DNA of 64,000 nucleotides from an uncultured bacterium (GTDB lineage Bacteria > Acidobacteriota > HRBIN11 > JAKEFK01). Location: assembly GCA_963771165.1 (NCBI GenBank), contig CAVYSN010000020.1:357-64356 (forward strand). Reading direction: 5' to 3'. The notes beneath the pieces are model-generated. The model was not told where the DNA came from, did no database searches, and was given only the letters and a program-made list of their open reading frames with translations. Every line of letters begins with the position of its first letter. Position 1 is the first letter of the stretch. Positions 46,143 through 56,796 of this stretch are shown piece by piece. The position numbers were made by a program, and so were the translations under genes.

Positions 46143-48490
46143 TTAGAGCGATTTCAGTACCGCGACGGTTACGGCAGTTCCTCCCTTTTCTTGCGTTTCA
46201 GAATGAAAACGCGCAACGTGTGGGTGGCCGGTCAGCATCTCCGCGATGGCCTTTCTGAGTTTTCCGGTGCCGTAGCCATGAATGATCCGGACCTCCGGAA
46301 GCTGGCTCAATATTGCATCATCAAGATATTTATCAACACTCGCCAGTGCTTCCTCGGCATTTTGCCCGATGACGTTTAATTCGCGTGGAACATCCTTCTT
46401 TTCTGTGTGCAGTTGAATGCCTTTTGGCAGGCTGTTCGCCACCGATTCACGCTTCTCCAGTTGATGAACCGGAACAACGAATCGCTTGTTCCGGATCAGA
46501 ACCTCAGCTTGTTCCTTTTTGGCCGAAATGAATTCGCCGAAATCTTTGTAAAGTTCCACCCAAACACGATCACCGGGTTTTAGATCGGATGCTGCAATCT
46601 CCGGTGCCGATGTTGTGGTCGTTTCCTGGAGTTGCTGAATGACCGGCGCAATCTCTGCCTCGTACTGCTTGCGAATTTGCTGGCGCGTTTGTGCATTCCT
46701 GATTTGACTAAGCAGATTTTCGACCCGCGCGTTTAAAGTCCGGACGAGATCAGTATTCTGAGTTCGAAGCTTCTTTCGTTGTTCTTCGAGCTCAATTTCG
46801 AGTCCTTCCAACCGTTGTTTTTGTGCGAATGCTGTATGCGTCCATTCGGCTTTTTCTTTTTCGAGCTGGTCCTGATTCTTTTCCAGAACCCGGATTTTTT
46901 CCTGCAGATTTTTCTGAAAATCCTGCACCTGCCTGAGATTTTCATCCGTCATCCCCCGAGCGCGTTCCAGGATTTGTTGCGGAATTCCCAGGCGGCCGGC
47001 AATTTCAAGCGCGTGGCTGGCCCCGATCTGATCCAACAGAACGCGATACGTGGGTTGCAGATTTTCACCGTCGAATTCCATCGCTGCTGTGACGCTCCCC
47101 GCGTGATTCACGGCAAACATTTTCATCGCACTGTGATGAGAAGTAACCAGCACTTTGACGTCGTGTTTTAAAAGCTCTTCCAGAACCGCAACGGCCAGAT
47201 GCGAGCCTTCTTCAGGGTCCGTTCCGGTTCCGAGCTCATCCAGCAGAATCAAGCTTCTACTTCGTATATTCGAAAGTATTCCTACTAATGATCGGATATG
47301 ACTGGAGAAAGTGCTGAGGCTTTCTGAGATGCTCTGCTGGTCTCCTATGTCGGCCTGGATCGTGCTCAACCGGGGGAGCTTCGATCCTTCCGCAACCGGG
47401 ATCGGGAGCGCGCAATGTGCCATCAGAGAAATCAACCCGGCGGTCTTCAGAAAAACCGTTTTCCCCCCGGTGTTTGGACCCGTGACAACCAGTGCTTTCT
47501 TTTCAGGCGGCAGTTCCAGGTCCAGTGGAATGATTGGCTTGTTTTGTTTCTGAAGCGTGGCAAGAAGGAGCGGATGCCTTGCCTCCTTCAGGATCAGACT
47601 GAATTCTTCCGTGAACTCCGGAACTATGCAATCGAAGGCCTTTCCGAAACGGCCCCGCGCGAAAATCAAATCCAAACCGATCAGCTGCTGAAGCGAAAAA
47701 AGCAGAGGGTCAGCATTTCTTGCAACCAGTAATGTCAGATCTCTCAGAATTTTTCTGACCTCTTCCGTTTGCCGGTCGGCAAGCTGAGCGAGTTCATTAT
47801 TGAGTTCGAGAACCGACAGGGGTTCTACAAACAAGGACGCGCCGCTTCCCGATTCACCATGGACCACGCCACGGATTGCATTCTTTTCTTCGGTGCGGAC
47901 CAGCAAAACGGCACGACCGTGACGGTACGTCACATAATCTTCCTGCAAGGCATTCTTGTACCGGCTGTCGCGAAAGAAACGCTCCAACGCGCGTTCCACA
48001 CGTGATTGAAGCTGCAAGCACGTGTTTGATGACGCGAGCCAGCTCCGGCGTTGCATCCTCTTTTACTTCACCGGTTGCTTCGATTTTTGCAACGATTTCG
48101 GCTTCGACAACTTTTAAATCGGGCAGGCGGGAAGCCACGCAAGTGAAGATGCGGGAGTTCCTTGATCCATCCGGCTGGCTGCGTGGCGAATTTCATTGTT
48201 GATGGATGCCAATTTTCCAATCCGGTAAAGATCGATTCCCTCCGCAATATGATTTTCAATCGCTGATTTGCGGATGATTGTTTCAATGTTTTCCAGGCCG
48301 GAAAGGGAAGGAAGCGTTCCTTTTTGGGCACTGATCAACGCGTCGCGCGTCAAGGCCGAGTTCTTCGTCCAGATTCTCCACCGGCGAAATCTTCAGAGCG
48401 CGATCCTGAGCTGCAGGAGAGGTCGTGTAGCCGGAGAAGAGTTGCAGGAATTGCGGCCATTCCAGGACTGCAGCAGCTTTGCTCAGAGAT
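46143..48490 (-). pseudogene. mutS2: Endonuclease MutS2 (Smr domain), N-terminal ~150 codons split over several frames
   Basis: The intact part (46143..48056) has Walker A GPNTGGKT, DELGTGTDP and C-terminal Smr IIHGYGTGKLR. Upstream MutS2-like pieces sit in other frames: SKAAAVLEWPQFLQLFSGYTTSPAAQDRALKISPVENLDEELGL; TRDALISAQKGTLPSLSGLENIETIIRKS...; LPDLKVVEAEIVAKIEATGEVKEDATPELARVIKH. At least 3 frame switches. The start position is approximate. Confidence 0.8.
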
Positions 48491-48503
48491 CAACGTAATT
48501 AGT

Positions 48504-48574
48504 GCAGAGCAATGAGCAATGAGTCATGAAGACTTACGGAAAGTTCTCATTGCTCATGACTCATCACTCATGAC
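48504..48574. repeat. Hairpin element, CAATGAG family (7 nt units)
   Basis: Arms are gcagagcaatgagcaatgagtcatgaag (48504-48531) and ctcattgctcatgactcatcactcatgac (48546-48574). Confidence 0.8.
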
Positions 48575-48579
48575 TTATA

Positions 48580-49276
48580 TTACAGGTGGTTGATGATGCT
48601 GGCGATTTGACCGGCGCCGAAGCCGTTGTCAATGTTTACGACGGCCAGTGCTGCGCAGCTATTGAGCATGGATAGAAGCGGTGCAACTCCACCAAAATGA
48701 GCTCCGTAGCCGATGCTGGTGGGAACGGCAATCACAGGAGCCGAAACAAGATCCGGCGACGACGCTCGGGCAGAGCTCCTTCCATGCCGGCAACAACAAT
48801 GATGACGCGCGCGTTCATCAACCGCTCTTTTTCAGAAAGCAAGCGGTGCAAACCGGCCACTCCTGCGTCGTACAGGCAGTCCGTTTGATTGCCAAAGAGG
48901 TCTGCGGTGACGTGCGCTTCTTCTGCCACAGGAATGTCCGCCGTTCCGGCGGAAACGATGAGGATCGTGCCTTTGCCCGTGTACTCCTTCTTGCGCCGAA
49001 TGGAAATCGCTTTGCTGTTTGGATGAAACTCGACTTCCGGGAAATCCTTTCTGCAACGACTCGAAAAACGGACTCGTCAGACCGGGTGACCAGAACGTTC
49101 GTATTGTTCTTGTACAGGCTCCGCACGATACCCTGAATTTGATCCGGTGTCTTTCCGGTGCCGAAAATGACTTCCGGAAAGCCTTTTCGCATTTCGCGAT
49201 GATGGTCAACACGCGCGTATCCAAGATCTTCAAAGGGAAGATTCTTCAGTACATCCAGAGCTTCTTCGGCGCTCAA
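48580..49276 (-). pseudogene. larB: LarB-like (PurE-related) nickel-pincer cofactor carboxylase/hydrolase, split over at least three frames
   Basis: The N-terminal part reads ...GFPEVIFGTGKTPDQIQGIV...VLVTR. The middle part, in a second frame, reads KDFPEVEFHPNSKAISIRRKKEYTGKGTILIVSAGTADIPVAEEAHVTADLFG...[13 protein letters not shown]. The end, in further frames, reads SVVAG / [55 protein letters not shown], with the stop at 48580-48582. Confidence 0.7.
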
Positions 49277-49330
49277 GCGGGAATTCTTGTAATCTTCCAG
49301 CAGATGAATGAAGTCGTTTCGGATCCATGG

Positions 49331-50582
49331 CTAGGAAGCGGCCTCTATCTCTTCATCGGGGATTTCTTTTGTTCCACGTACTATACCTATCGCACTATGC
49401 TCACGCTGAAACGTATTTTGAGCGACATCCAGAAGTTCGCGTGCCGAGACTCTTTGAACCATATCGCGATAAATCGGTGCGTAGGGAAGAGCTCTGCCCA
49501 GAATACTGCTGCTTGTATAGTCCATGACTCGCGAGCTTGCTGTTTGTGTATTCAACGTGTAGTTGCCAATCAACGCGTGGCGCGCGTTTTCCAATTCTTC
49601 TGCTGTCACAGTTGTTCTTTTCAATTCCTCCAGCTCGTGCCACATTCCATCGAGCGCCTGTTCTTCCTTGGAAGCTTCCCCTGCGATGTAAGTTATGAAA
49701 GCGCCACCATGCAAAGCGGAGATTGGAGATGCATGCACCGTGTAGGCAAGCGCCTTCTTACTACGAAGATTTAAAAAGAGCCTGCCCCCCATACCGGACA
49801 AGATCTGTTGCAGGGCATCATATTTCGGAATTTCCAGACTCGATGCCGGTGGAGCAGGAAAGCCCAGAACGAATGCGGTCTGCTTTTTGGGTCTATTCTC
49901 CATTTCCAACGGATGAACCGGAGTCTTCACGTGGGGAGGATTCTGCAGATCCTCAGCAGAATCACTTAGACCGGAAATGGTCTTTTCCAAATGGTCGAAG
50001 AGCTGATCCGGATCGAAGCTTCCGACGACTGTAACAATCGCCCTTTTGCTGTTCCATAAACGTCTTTTCCATATTGCGAGTTGTTCTCGATCCATCGTAG
50101 TGATTGTGTGTTCAAAGCCGTTTTCCGGTAAACCGTAAGGATGACGGGTTCCATAAAATGCGCGTTGGAAGAGCTGCATGGGGCCGTACAAAATTATCAT
50201 CCATATTCCGGCGGATTGCTGATAAGACCTTTCCCTTTTCCGTATCGATTTCTGTTACTGGAAACTGGGCGTCCAGAATGCACTCGATGAGAAGATCACA
50301 CATATCGGGAAAATATTCAGGCAGCGCTTCCATTGTAAAACCGCTGAAGTCTCGATAACAATTGAATCGCGGTGGGTTGCCCAGTCCATCGAAACGATCT
50401 GCGAGCTGCTCTGCAGAAAACTTCGAGGTTCCTTTTAGCGCGCCACGATGCATGAGGTGTGTGATTCCGGCATTCGCTTCCGTTTCTTCGCTGCGGCCTC
50501 CAAGAAAAAAGATCCCTGCTGCGATGAATGGATAATGATTGTCCGGATGCAAAATGTACGTCGCATGTCCTTTGCGAACCAC
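49331..50582 (-). pseudogene. M16-family peptidase, second (non-HxxEH) subunit/half, frameshifted
   Basis: 50112..50582 (VVRKGHATYILHPDNH...GITHLMHRGALKGT...AIRRNMDDN) continues in another frame as YGPMQLFQRAFYGTRHPYGLPENG... (49331..50200). The join fits a one-base change in a T run near 50190. The N-terminal boundary with the upstream M16 gene is unclear. Confidence 0.65.
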
Positions 50583-52038
50583 CGGCTCGCTGAGGGTCTG
50601 AATCCGCGACTGATTGCTTCGTGGAGCGATCCCAATCGGGGAAGAGCGGTCGATCGACAGGAGCCACGTATCCTTTTAATAGGACTTCCTTGTATTCCTC
50701 AGATGAAATATCCGGAACATTCCCGTTTACGTACTCCATCACGGAGAGATTTTCGGTGCGTAAATACTTAGCCGATGTTTGAACAATTTCCTCTGCAGTG
50801 ATCTGTTGCATACGGTTCAAGTGTTCTTCAATTCGTTCATACGAACCGTAGGCCTCGTAATAGCTCAACAGCTCCGCAAGACTCAAAGCATCTTCTGTTT
50901 GCATGGCTTGATAAAGACGTAGTTTATTTCGTATTTTTTGAAGCTCATCGCCGTCTATTCCATTATCCTGCAAATCGCGAAGCACACTCCAGCTGTCGCT
51001 GGCGGCTTCACGGATTTTTTCGGGATCGGTGATTGCCGTGAGCATCAGCAATCCCACATTTTCGTACGCAAGGTAATAGCAGGATGCAGAGCTCGCGGAT
51101 CTTTTCCGCTCTACAACGTGACGATGAAGCCGGGCACTTCTTCCGGCTGACATAAGGAAAGCAAGGAATTCAATAACAGGTCCATCCGGATGCAAAACGC
51201 CCGGCGCATGAAAACCGAAATGCAGATAGCTCTGGGTGGCCGTCGCGTTTCTCTTCGCATAACGGATGCCGTGCTGGGGCGGTTCCTCTGGGCCAAAATC
51301 CTTGAGAAGCTCGCGATTCTTCATCGGAGTAAATGATTCTTCAACAGCTTTTCGCACAGCCTTTGAATCGAATTTGCCTGTGACGGTGACCACCATGTTT
51401 TGGGGCTGATAGTAGCGGTAAAAGTAATCGAACAGATGCTCGCGGTTATAGGATCTTAATTGTTCTGGTGTGCCGATTCGCCAGCGTTTCATCCTGTGTT
51501 TTGTGTAGGCGAGTTGGATCAACATTTCCTGCGAATAGGCGGACGGATTGTCCAGCTTGCGATTGAATTCCTCGATGACAACTTCGCATTCTTTTTTCAG
51601 CTCATCATCCGGAAACAACGGCGCAGCAAATGCATCAGCCATGATCTCGAGAGCCGGCATCAAATTCCCGGCCGGGACTTCACAATAATAGTTGGTCTGA
51701 TCATAACTGGTGCTCGCATTGATCATTCCTCCCAGAGCCTTCATGCGCACGCCCAGGGTTCCCGGTTCCGGAAAATTCGTGGAACCTTTGAAATACATAT
51801 GCTCCAGCAGATGGGCGAGTCCGACTTCGGAATCGGTTTCACAAAAATAACCCGCTTTTACGCAAAAATGCAGCGCCGCCGCCTCGGAATTTTGCAACGG
51901 ATGCAGAAGCAAAGTCAGACCGTTCGGAAAATAAATTCTTTCAGTATTCTTTAGCCAGTCCATGTAAGTAGATGAAGGAGTTAAGGTGATTAAAGTGTTC
52001 AAAATGTTTTCATTAGACACTTTGAACCCTTTTAACAT
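50317..52038 (-). CDS. M16-family zinc peptidase (HxxEH); last ~100 codons of this ORF call are probably out-of-frame read-through
   Basis: GLAHLLEHMYFKGS (inverted HxxEH zinc motif). M16-like sequence continues to about ...LLKGYVAPVDRPLFPDWDR (about nt 50620). After that the frame becomes Arg/Ser/Cys-rich, while the M16-like sequence continues in another frame. Confidence 0.7.
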   Translation of the reverse strand: MLKGFKVSNENILNTLITLTPSSTYMDWLKNTERIYFPNGLTLLLHPLQNSEAAALHFCVKAGYFCETDSEVGLAHLLEHMYFKGSTNFPEPGTLGVRMKALGGMINASTSYDQTNYYCEVPAGNLMPALEIMADAFAAPLFPDDELKKECEVVIEEFNRKLDNPSAYSQEMLIQLAYTKHRMKRWRIGTPEQLRSYNREHLFDYFYRYYQPQNMVVTVTGKFDSKAVRKAVEESFTPMKNRELLKDFGPEEPPQHGIRYAKRNATATQSYLHFGFHAPGVLHPDGPVIEFLAFLMSAGRSARLHRHVVERKRSASSASCYYLAYENVGLLMLTAITDPEKIREAASDSWSVLRDLQDNGIDGDELQKIRNKLRLYQAMQTEDALSLAELLSYYEAYGSYERIEEHLNRMQQITAEEIVQTSAKYLRTENLSVMEYVNGNVPDISSEEYKEVLLKGYVAPVDRPLFPDWDRSTKQSVADSDPQRAGGSQRTCDVHFASGQSLSIHRSRDLFSWRPQRRNGSECRNHTPHASWRAKRNLEVFCRAARRSFRWTGQPTAIQLLSRLQRFYNGSAA

Positions 52039-52063
52039 TTTTGACTCTTTTGATCTTCAGGGG

Positions 52064-53723
52064 CTATTGAACTCTTCGGACTAAAATCAACGTGCTGTCA
52101 TCTAACGGTGGAGCTCCGCGAGTAAATTCGCTGATTTGACGTTCCAGACGTCAGTGCAAGATCTTCCACACCTGCTGACCGGTTCGCCGTCAGTACTTTG
52201 AGAACGCCTTCTTCACCGAATTCTTTTTCCTCGGGATCCACTGCTTCCGTGATTCCGTCCGTGTAGAGGAACAGAGAGGTCACGCGTATTGAGGCTGATT
52301 TGCTGGGCCTTGTATTGCGCGCTGGCGATAATACCGACCACCGGGCCACCCGCCTCGAGCAATTGATGGCCGTCCGGCCTGACAAAAATCGCAGGGTTGT
52401 GACCGGCATTTACGTACACAAATGTGTGAAGCGTGGGTGTCCAGTTCTCCATAAAACACTGTGATGTATTTGTTGGGCGGCGAATTTTCAAACATCACAT
52501 TGTTGAGCTGGGCCATCAACGCGGCCGGATTCTCCTCGCTTTTCACAAGTGTTCGAATCGATGCCTGAAATGCGGCCATCAAAAGGGCGGCGCCCACACC
52601 TTTCCCTGAAACATCTGCAATCACAACGGCCAGTTTTCCGTTCCCTTTATCGATGAAGTCGTAATAATCTCCACCGATCTGGTAGCAGGAATGATTCACT
52701 CCGTAGATTTCATAGCTCGGATGTTACCGGATTCACCTGAGGCAGCAAACGCCGTTGGATTTGTGCTGCAACAGCGAGCTGTTCTTCCATCACCTTTTTT
52801 TCAAGCTGTTCTTCCAGCAGCAATGAATTTTCAATCTTTACAGCCGCCATATTCGCTATCAATGCAATCAACCGCAAATCGGATTGTGTGAACGTGCGGC
52901 GTGAAATCAAGTTATCAATGTAAATCAATCCGATCACGTTTTTCTCATTCCACAGAGGCACACAGATGATCGAACGGATTCCCTGCATCTGGATGCTTTG
53001 AGCGGAACCGAAACGCGCATCCGCCTGTGCGTCCAATGTCAGCACGGCTTTCTGGTTTCGCATGACTTCATCAATGATGGTTCGGCTGATTTGCAGGTTC
53101 TGATCCGCGTGCGAATTACGCACGACCTTGAGCTCCAGCTCTCGCGGATTCTTCGGATCCAGCATGATCAACGCTCCCCGTTCCGCAGGGACGGCTTCAA
53201 AAACAATGTCCATGATGACTTCGACCAGTTTTTCGATCGGAAAATGCGTAATCAAAGTGGCAGCTGCTTGCTGCAGAGCAGGCCAGAGATTTTCGCCGGC
53301 TCCGACCGGAGTAATTCCGGAGATGGCCTCTTCGGTGTAGCGTCGGATATTTAGCTCGTCTGTATCGATCATGAAGGTGGCTTCCATGCCGAGTGCCGGA
53401 GCCGTATCGCGAACTTCGAGGCGGTCAGAAATTGGGGAAAGATAACGGATTGTAATTTCACCTAGCTGAATGACATCTTCATTCTTCAGAGGAGAGGCCT
53501 GACGGATCCTGATGCCATTTAAAAATGTGCCGTTTCGACTTCCTGTATCCTCTACGAAATATTTGGTGTCCTTTCGGACGATTCTGGCGTGATGTCGCGA
53601 AAGCGATAAGTTATTGAAAGTCAAATCATTTGCGGAGGATCGACCGATGGTGAATGCCTCTTTATTGAGGTCAACCTCAAACGGCTTCTCGTGCTTCTGT
53701 TCTACGCGCAATAAAGGCATCAA
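52064..53723 (-). pseudogene. FHA-GAF-PP2C(SpoIIE) phosphatase; the phosphatase domain is split over many frames
   Basis: Intact N-terminus 52710..53723 has FHA (FTIGRSSANDLTFNNLSLSRHHARI...GSRNGTFLNG) and a GAF-like region. PP2C pieces in different frames:
- SYEIYGVNHSCYQIGGDYYDFIDKGNGKLAVVIADVSGKGVGAALLMA
- FVYVNAGHNPAIFVRPDG...EAGGPVVGI
- LFLYTDGITEAVDPEEKEFGEEG
- EFTRGAPPLDDSTLILVRRVQ, stop at 52064-52066
At least 5 frame switches. Confidence 0.7.
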
Positions 53724-53770
53724 TTCCCCGCCATCAAATCCACTGTGAATGCAAACATTATAACTTTATT

Positions 53771-53859
53771 TTCAACGCAAAGACGCAAAATCGCAAAGAA
53801 AATCCTTTCTTTATCGAGGAGCAGCATCATAACTTAGCGTCCCGGCGTCTTGCGTTAAA
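53771..53859. repeat. Hairpin element, CGCAAAG family
   Basis: Arms are ttcaacgcaaagacgcaaaatcgcaaag (53771-53798) and cttagcgtcccggcgtcttgcgttaaa (53833-53859). The corrected trpS stop codon (53855-53857) lies in the terminal TTAA. Confidence 0.85.
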
Positions 53860-54842
53860 CGAGTTTCATGGCCTGTTTGGCCAGACGAAGAGTTTCACGC
53901 GCTTCTTGTTGCGCGCGCTGACTGCCGGTGCGCAATATTTCCTTCAATTTTCCCCGGTTGCTCTTCTGCGGTTTTACGCCGCTCGCGAATCGGATCTAAA
54001 AAACGGTTTATGGCCGATGCCAGAAGTTTTTTCACTTCTACATCTCCTACCTTGCCCTGTTGATACCGTTCTTTCAGATACTCAACCTCTGTACTGTTTT
54101 CATTGAAAGCATCATGATATTGAAAAACAGGGTTTCCTTCCACATGACCTGGATCCGTGGCACGCAATCGAGTTGGATCGGTGTACATGCGCATCACTTT
54201 TTTCGTAACCGTGTCGGCATCGTCCGAAAGATAGATTGCGTTGTCGAGGCTCTTGCTCATTTTTGCTTTACCATCGGTTCCCATTAAAGTCGGCACTTCG
54301 CCGATCATCGTTTGTGGGATCGGAAAAACATCTCCATAAAGGGAATTAAAGCGTGTCGCGATTTCTCGAGTGACCTCCAGATGGGACGCTTGATCTTTAC
54401 CGACAGGAACGAGATGTGATCGCACCATCAAGATGTCCGCCGCTTGTAAAACCGGGTAGGAGAGCAATCCCAACGTAGCGGTATCGAAATTCGAGGCTAT
54501 CATTTGCTCTTTCAACGTAGGAACTCGTTGCAAACGGGGCACAGTTACAAGCATGGAGAAAAGCAGCATCAGCTCAGCCACTTCCGGCACAAGCGATTGC
54601 AAATAAATCGTCGTTTTCTCAGGATCGATCCCAACGCTCACGTAGTCAAACACAAGCTCGCGCACATTCTCGGCAATATTTGGAATCCGGTCGTAATGTG
54701 TTGTCAGCATGTGCAGATCGGCAATGATAAAGAAACATTCGTATTCGTGTTGCAGCTTTACGCGGTTCGCAAGCGTACCAACATAATGTCCGAGGTGCAG
54801 TTTACCAGTCGGACGATCCCCGGTCAGAATTCGCTTCTTCAT
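53855..54842 (-). CDS. trpS: Tryptophan--tRNA ligase, with one apparent frameshift near the 3' end
   Basis: [10 protein letters not shown] (HIGH) and KMSKS motifs. The track ORF ends at 53895 as ...[22 protein letters not shown]. Shifting one base in the run gggaaaattg (about 53945) gives the family-like tail [32 protein letters not shown], with the stop at 53855. Start preferred at [13 protein letters not shown] (54842); the upstream ATGs lie in repeat-derived sequence. Confidence 0.85.
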
Positions 54843-54859
54843 GTCAGAGTCCGTCTGAG

Positions 54860-54882
54860 ATGACTCATTGCTCATTGCTCTG
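54860..54882. repeat. Solo half-copy of the CAATGAG-family arm
   Basis: atgactcattgctcattgctctg is the reverse complement of cagagcaatgagcaatgagtcat. That matches the left arm at 48504-48527. I could find no partner arm nearby. Confidence 0.7.
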
Positions 54883-54954
54883 GCACTTTTTACGTAAAGA
54901 TTGTAACAGGGATAAATGTGAGGATAAAAACGATTGCCGCAACAATTCCCCAGA

Positions 54955-55854
54955 TTATCGCGCGGTTCCAAGCGGCTCGTCATCATTCATCGTTGGAGGA
55001 TGCCGAAAGCCCGCAATCTTCTTTAAAACGAGGAGCATAAGGCTGAAGAAAACCCATTGGAATCCTGCCATCGGTGAACGAGTAAATCCATAAGCCGCCA
55101 GCGCCAGCAATCCCGCGAAAAAGATCCAGGTAATTTTATGGGCTTGTTTTCGGAACAGAGCGTAAGATATGTGACCACCATCCAGTTGTGCAATCGGGAT
55201 CAAGTTAAGACTTGTTGCAAGACAGGCAAACCAGGCCGCGAACCCTACAGGATGAAGTAAATAATCCTGAGTCGAGTCAGGCGAAAAGAGTTTGAAAATC
55301 AAAGGATCTCCGAGATAGACCTGCCCTGCAGCGGCAGCAGTTTTGGGCACAAGGGGAGACCAGTGTATTCCAAGGTAAATGAAGGGAAGGGCCACAACGA
55401 ATCCGGCGAGAGGGCCGGCGATTCCGACATCAAAAAGAGATCGTCGATTTGGAAAGGGGGCCCGAATGCGAATGAACGCGCCAAAGGTGCCAGTGCCGAC
55501 GATCGGTGCTGGAAGAAAGAATGGAAGGGTCGCGTTGATTCCATAGTAACAGCAGGCAAGATAGTGTCCCATTTCATGGCAGAGCAGGATCACCATAATC
55601 GCGAACGAATATCCGATGCCTTTGTATAGCAGTGTCGGATTCGAAAGAATCTGATTAAAAAATGCGATTGGATCGGGCGATGGGCCACTTGTTTCATGCA
55701 GCAGCATCCAGTATGCACCCCAGAAAAGCGTCGTCAGAACGGTTAGTAAGAAAAGGGAAGCATGAAGGAAATAGCGTTGCGTGGTTGGCGCAACCGAATA
55801 ACCAATCGCTTCTGCCACTCCGGAGTCTTGGGGAAAAGTATATCGTTCCGACAT
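54955..55854 (-). CDS. M50-family (site-2 protease type) membrane metalloprotease
   Basis: [10 protein letters not shown] (HExxH in a TM segment), polytopic. Start taken at MSERYTF (55854), because the track's first 44 codons are read from the hairpin repeat at 55898-55977. Confidence 0.8.
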   Translation of the reverse strand: MSERYTFPQDSGVAEAIGYSVAPTTQRYFLHASLFLLTVLTTLFWGAYWMLLHETSGPSPDPIAFFNQILSNPTLLYKGIGYSFAIMVILLCHEMGHYLACCYYGINATLPFFLPAPIVGTGTFGAFIRIRAPFPNRRSLFDVGIAGPLAGFVVALPFIYLGIHWSPLVPKTAAAAGQVYLGDPLIFKLFSPDSTQDYLLHPVGFAAWFACLATSLNLIPIAQLDGGHISYALFRKQAHKITWIFFAGLLALAAYGFTRSPMAGFQWVFFSLMLLVLKKIAGFRHPPTMNDDEPLGTAR

Positions 55855-55897
55855 GTAACTTAGTTTAAGCTCTTTACCATAAATCGGCCAAGCATTT

Positions 55898-55977
55898 TTA
55901 ACACAGAGCCACGGAGGCACAGAGTTCCAGTGTCTTATTTTTTGTTCGCTCTGTGTTCCCTGTGTCTTCTGTGTTAA
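55898..55977. repeat. Hairpin element, CACAGAG/CACGGAG family
   Basis: Arms are ttaacacagagccacggaggcacagag (55898-55924) and gctctgtgttccctgtgtcttctgtgttaa (55948-55977). Confidence 0.85.
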
Positions 55978-55986
55978 GACAGACAC

Positions 55987-56256
55987 TTATGGAATATTTT
56001 GCAGATTCTTCCCCGGTTTAAAACGGATGGTTTTGCCCGGCGGAATTTCCACTTCTTCCTTTGTCCGTGGATTGCGTCCGATGCCGCGCTTGCGGGGCTT
56101 CACCTGAAACACACCAAAACCTCTTAACTCAATTCTGCGGCCGTCCGTCAGAGCGTCCCGAAGCGATTCAATTGCTGCATTGACCGCTCGTTCCGCCTGT
56201 GTTTTGGTGATTTTGGTTTCCTTGGCGACAATGTCTACCAGATCTGCTTTAATCAT
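55987..56256 (-). CDS. HU/IHF-family DNA-binding protein
   Basis: MIKADLVDIVAKETKITKTQAERAVNA...LRGFGVFQVKPRKRGIGRNPRTKEEVEIPPGKTIRFKPGK. Start at the internal ATG 56256. Confidence 0.85.
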   Translation of the reverse strand: MIKADLVDIVAKETKITKTQAERAVNAAIESLRDALTDGRRIELRGFGVFQVKPRKRGIGRNPRTKEEVEIPPGKTIRFKPGKNLQNIP

Positions 56257-56327
56257 AAGGAGCCCTATTATGTCAGTCGCATTTTCAAAAGTCAACTTAT
56301 TGTGCGATAAGACTTTACGCGCTTTAA

Positions 56328-56405
56328 TTTACCTCGGAGTCACGGAGCTCACGGAGGATAGATGAAGATTTTTTCTCTCTGTGCTCTTCGTGACTCTGTG
56401 GTGAG
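56328..56405. repeat. Hairpin element, CACGGAG family
   Basis: Arms are tttacctcggagtcacggagctcacggagg (56328-56357) and ctctctgtgctcttcgtgactctgtggtgag (56375-56405). Confidence 0.85.
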
Positions 56406-56407
56406 AT

Positions 56408-56767
56408 TTAATTCTGGAAGCCAAAGGTGGGGGGTGAGGACTTCCCTTCATCGATCGTTCCGTATTTTGATTCGTACTTGGAAATGTTATCCATGATGGC
56501 ATGAGCTAGCCTTTTAGCGTGTTGTGGTGACAGGATGATTCTCGCCAATAGTCTTGCCATCTGCGTGTTTGGCAAAAGAGCAAAAAAATCAATCCAGAAC
56601 TCTTCCGGCGTATGGATGACCTGGGCCATCGTTGAATACTTTCCCTGTAAAGTCTGCTCGTCAGCTTGAACCTGAATATCAATGCGTTTTTCTTCCACAG
56701 TTCCTCCTGTCTGAATAGGGGCGCGATTCATCGCCCGCAAGTCTACGCTCCTTATGTTACACTTCAT
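56408..56767 (-). CDS. DUF3467-family protein
   Basis: ...GKYSTMAQVIHTPEEFWIDFFALLPN...ARIILSPQHAKRL... matches my recollection of DUF3467. The true start may be the internal MNRAPI (56731). Confidence 0.6.
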   Translation of the reverse strand: MKCNIRSVDLRAMNRAPIQTGGTVEEKRIDIQVQADEQTLQGKYSTMAQVIHTPEEFWIDFFALLPNTQMARLLARIILSPQHAKRLAHAIMDNISKYESKYGTIDEGKSSPPTFGFQN

Positions 56768-56796
56768 TTTCGACCCACGAAATTCACGAACAGAAA

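Noticed and set aside
49019-49774. 251 aa ORF antisense to larB and the M16 peptidase
   Set aside because: It spans the boundary of two minus-strand genes and their spacer. It has no recognisable motif. Long antisense ORFs are expected by chance in this composition.
50317-50620. Genuine C-terminal extension of the first M16 peptidase
   Set aside because: The extension is Arg/Ser/Cys-rich nonsense. It exactly overlaps the region where another frame encodes the conserved N-terminus of the partner M16 protein, so it is read-through after a lost stop or a frameshift.
47850-54000. Programmed ribosomal frameshifting as the cause of the broken genes
   Set aside because: There are too many switches per gene, in both directions. 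They lack slippery heptamers or downstream structures, and the affected families are not known to use recoding.
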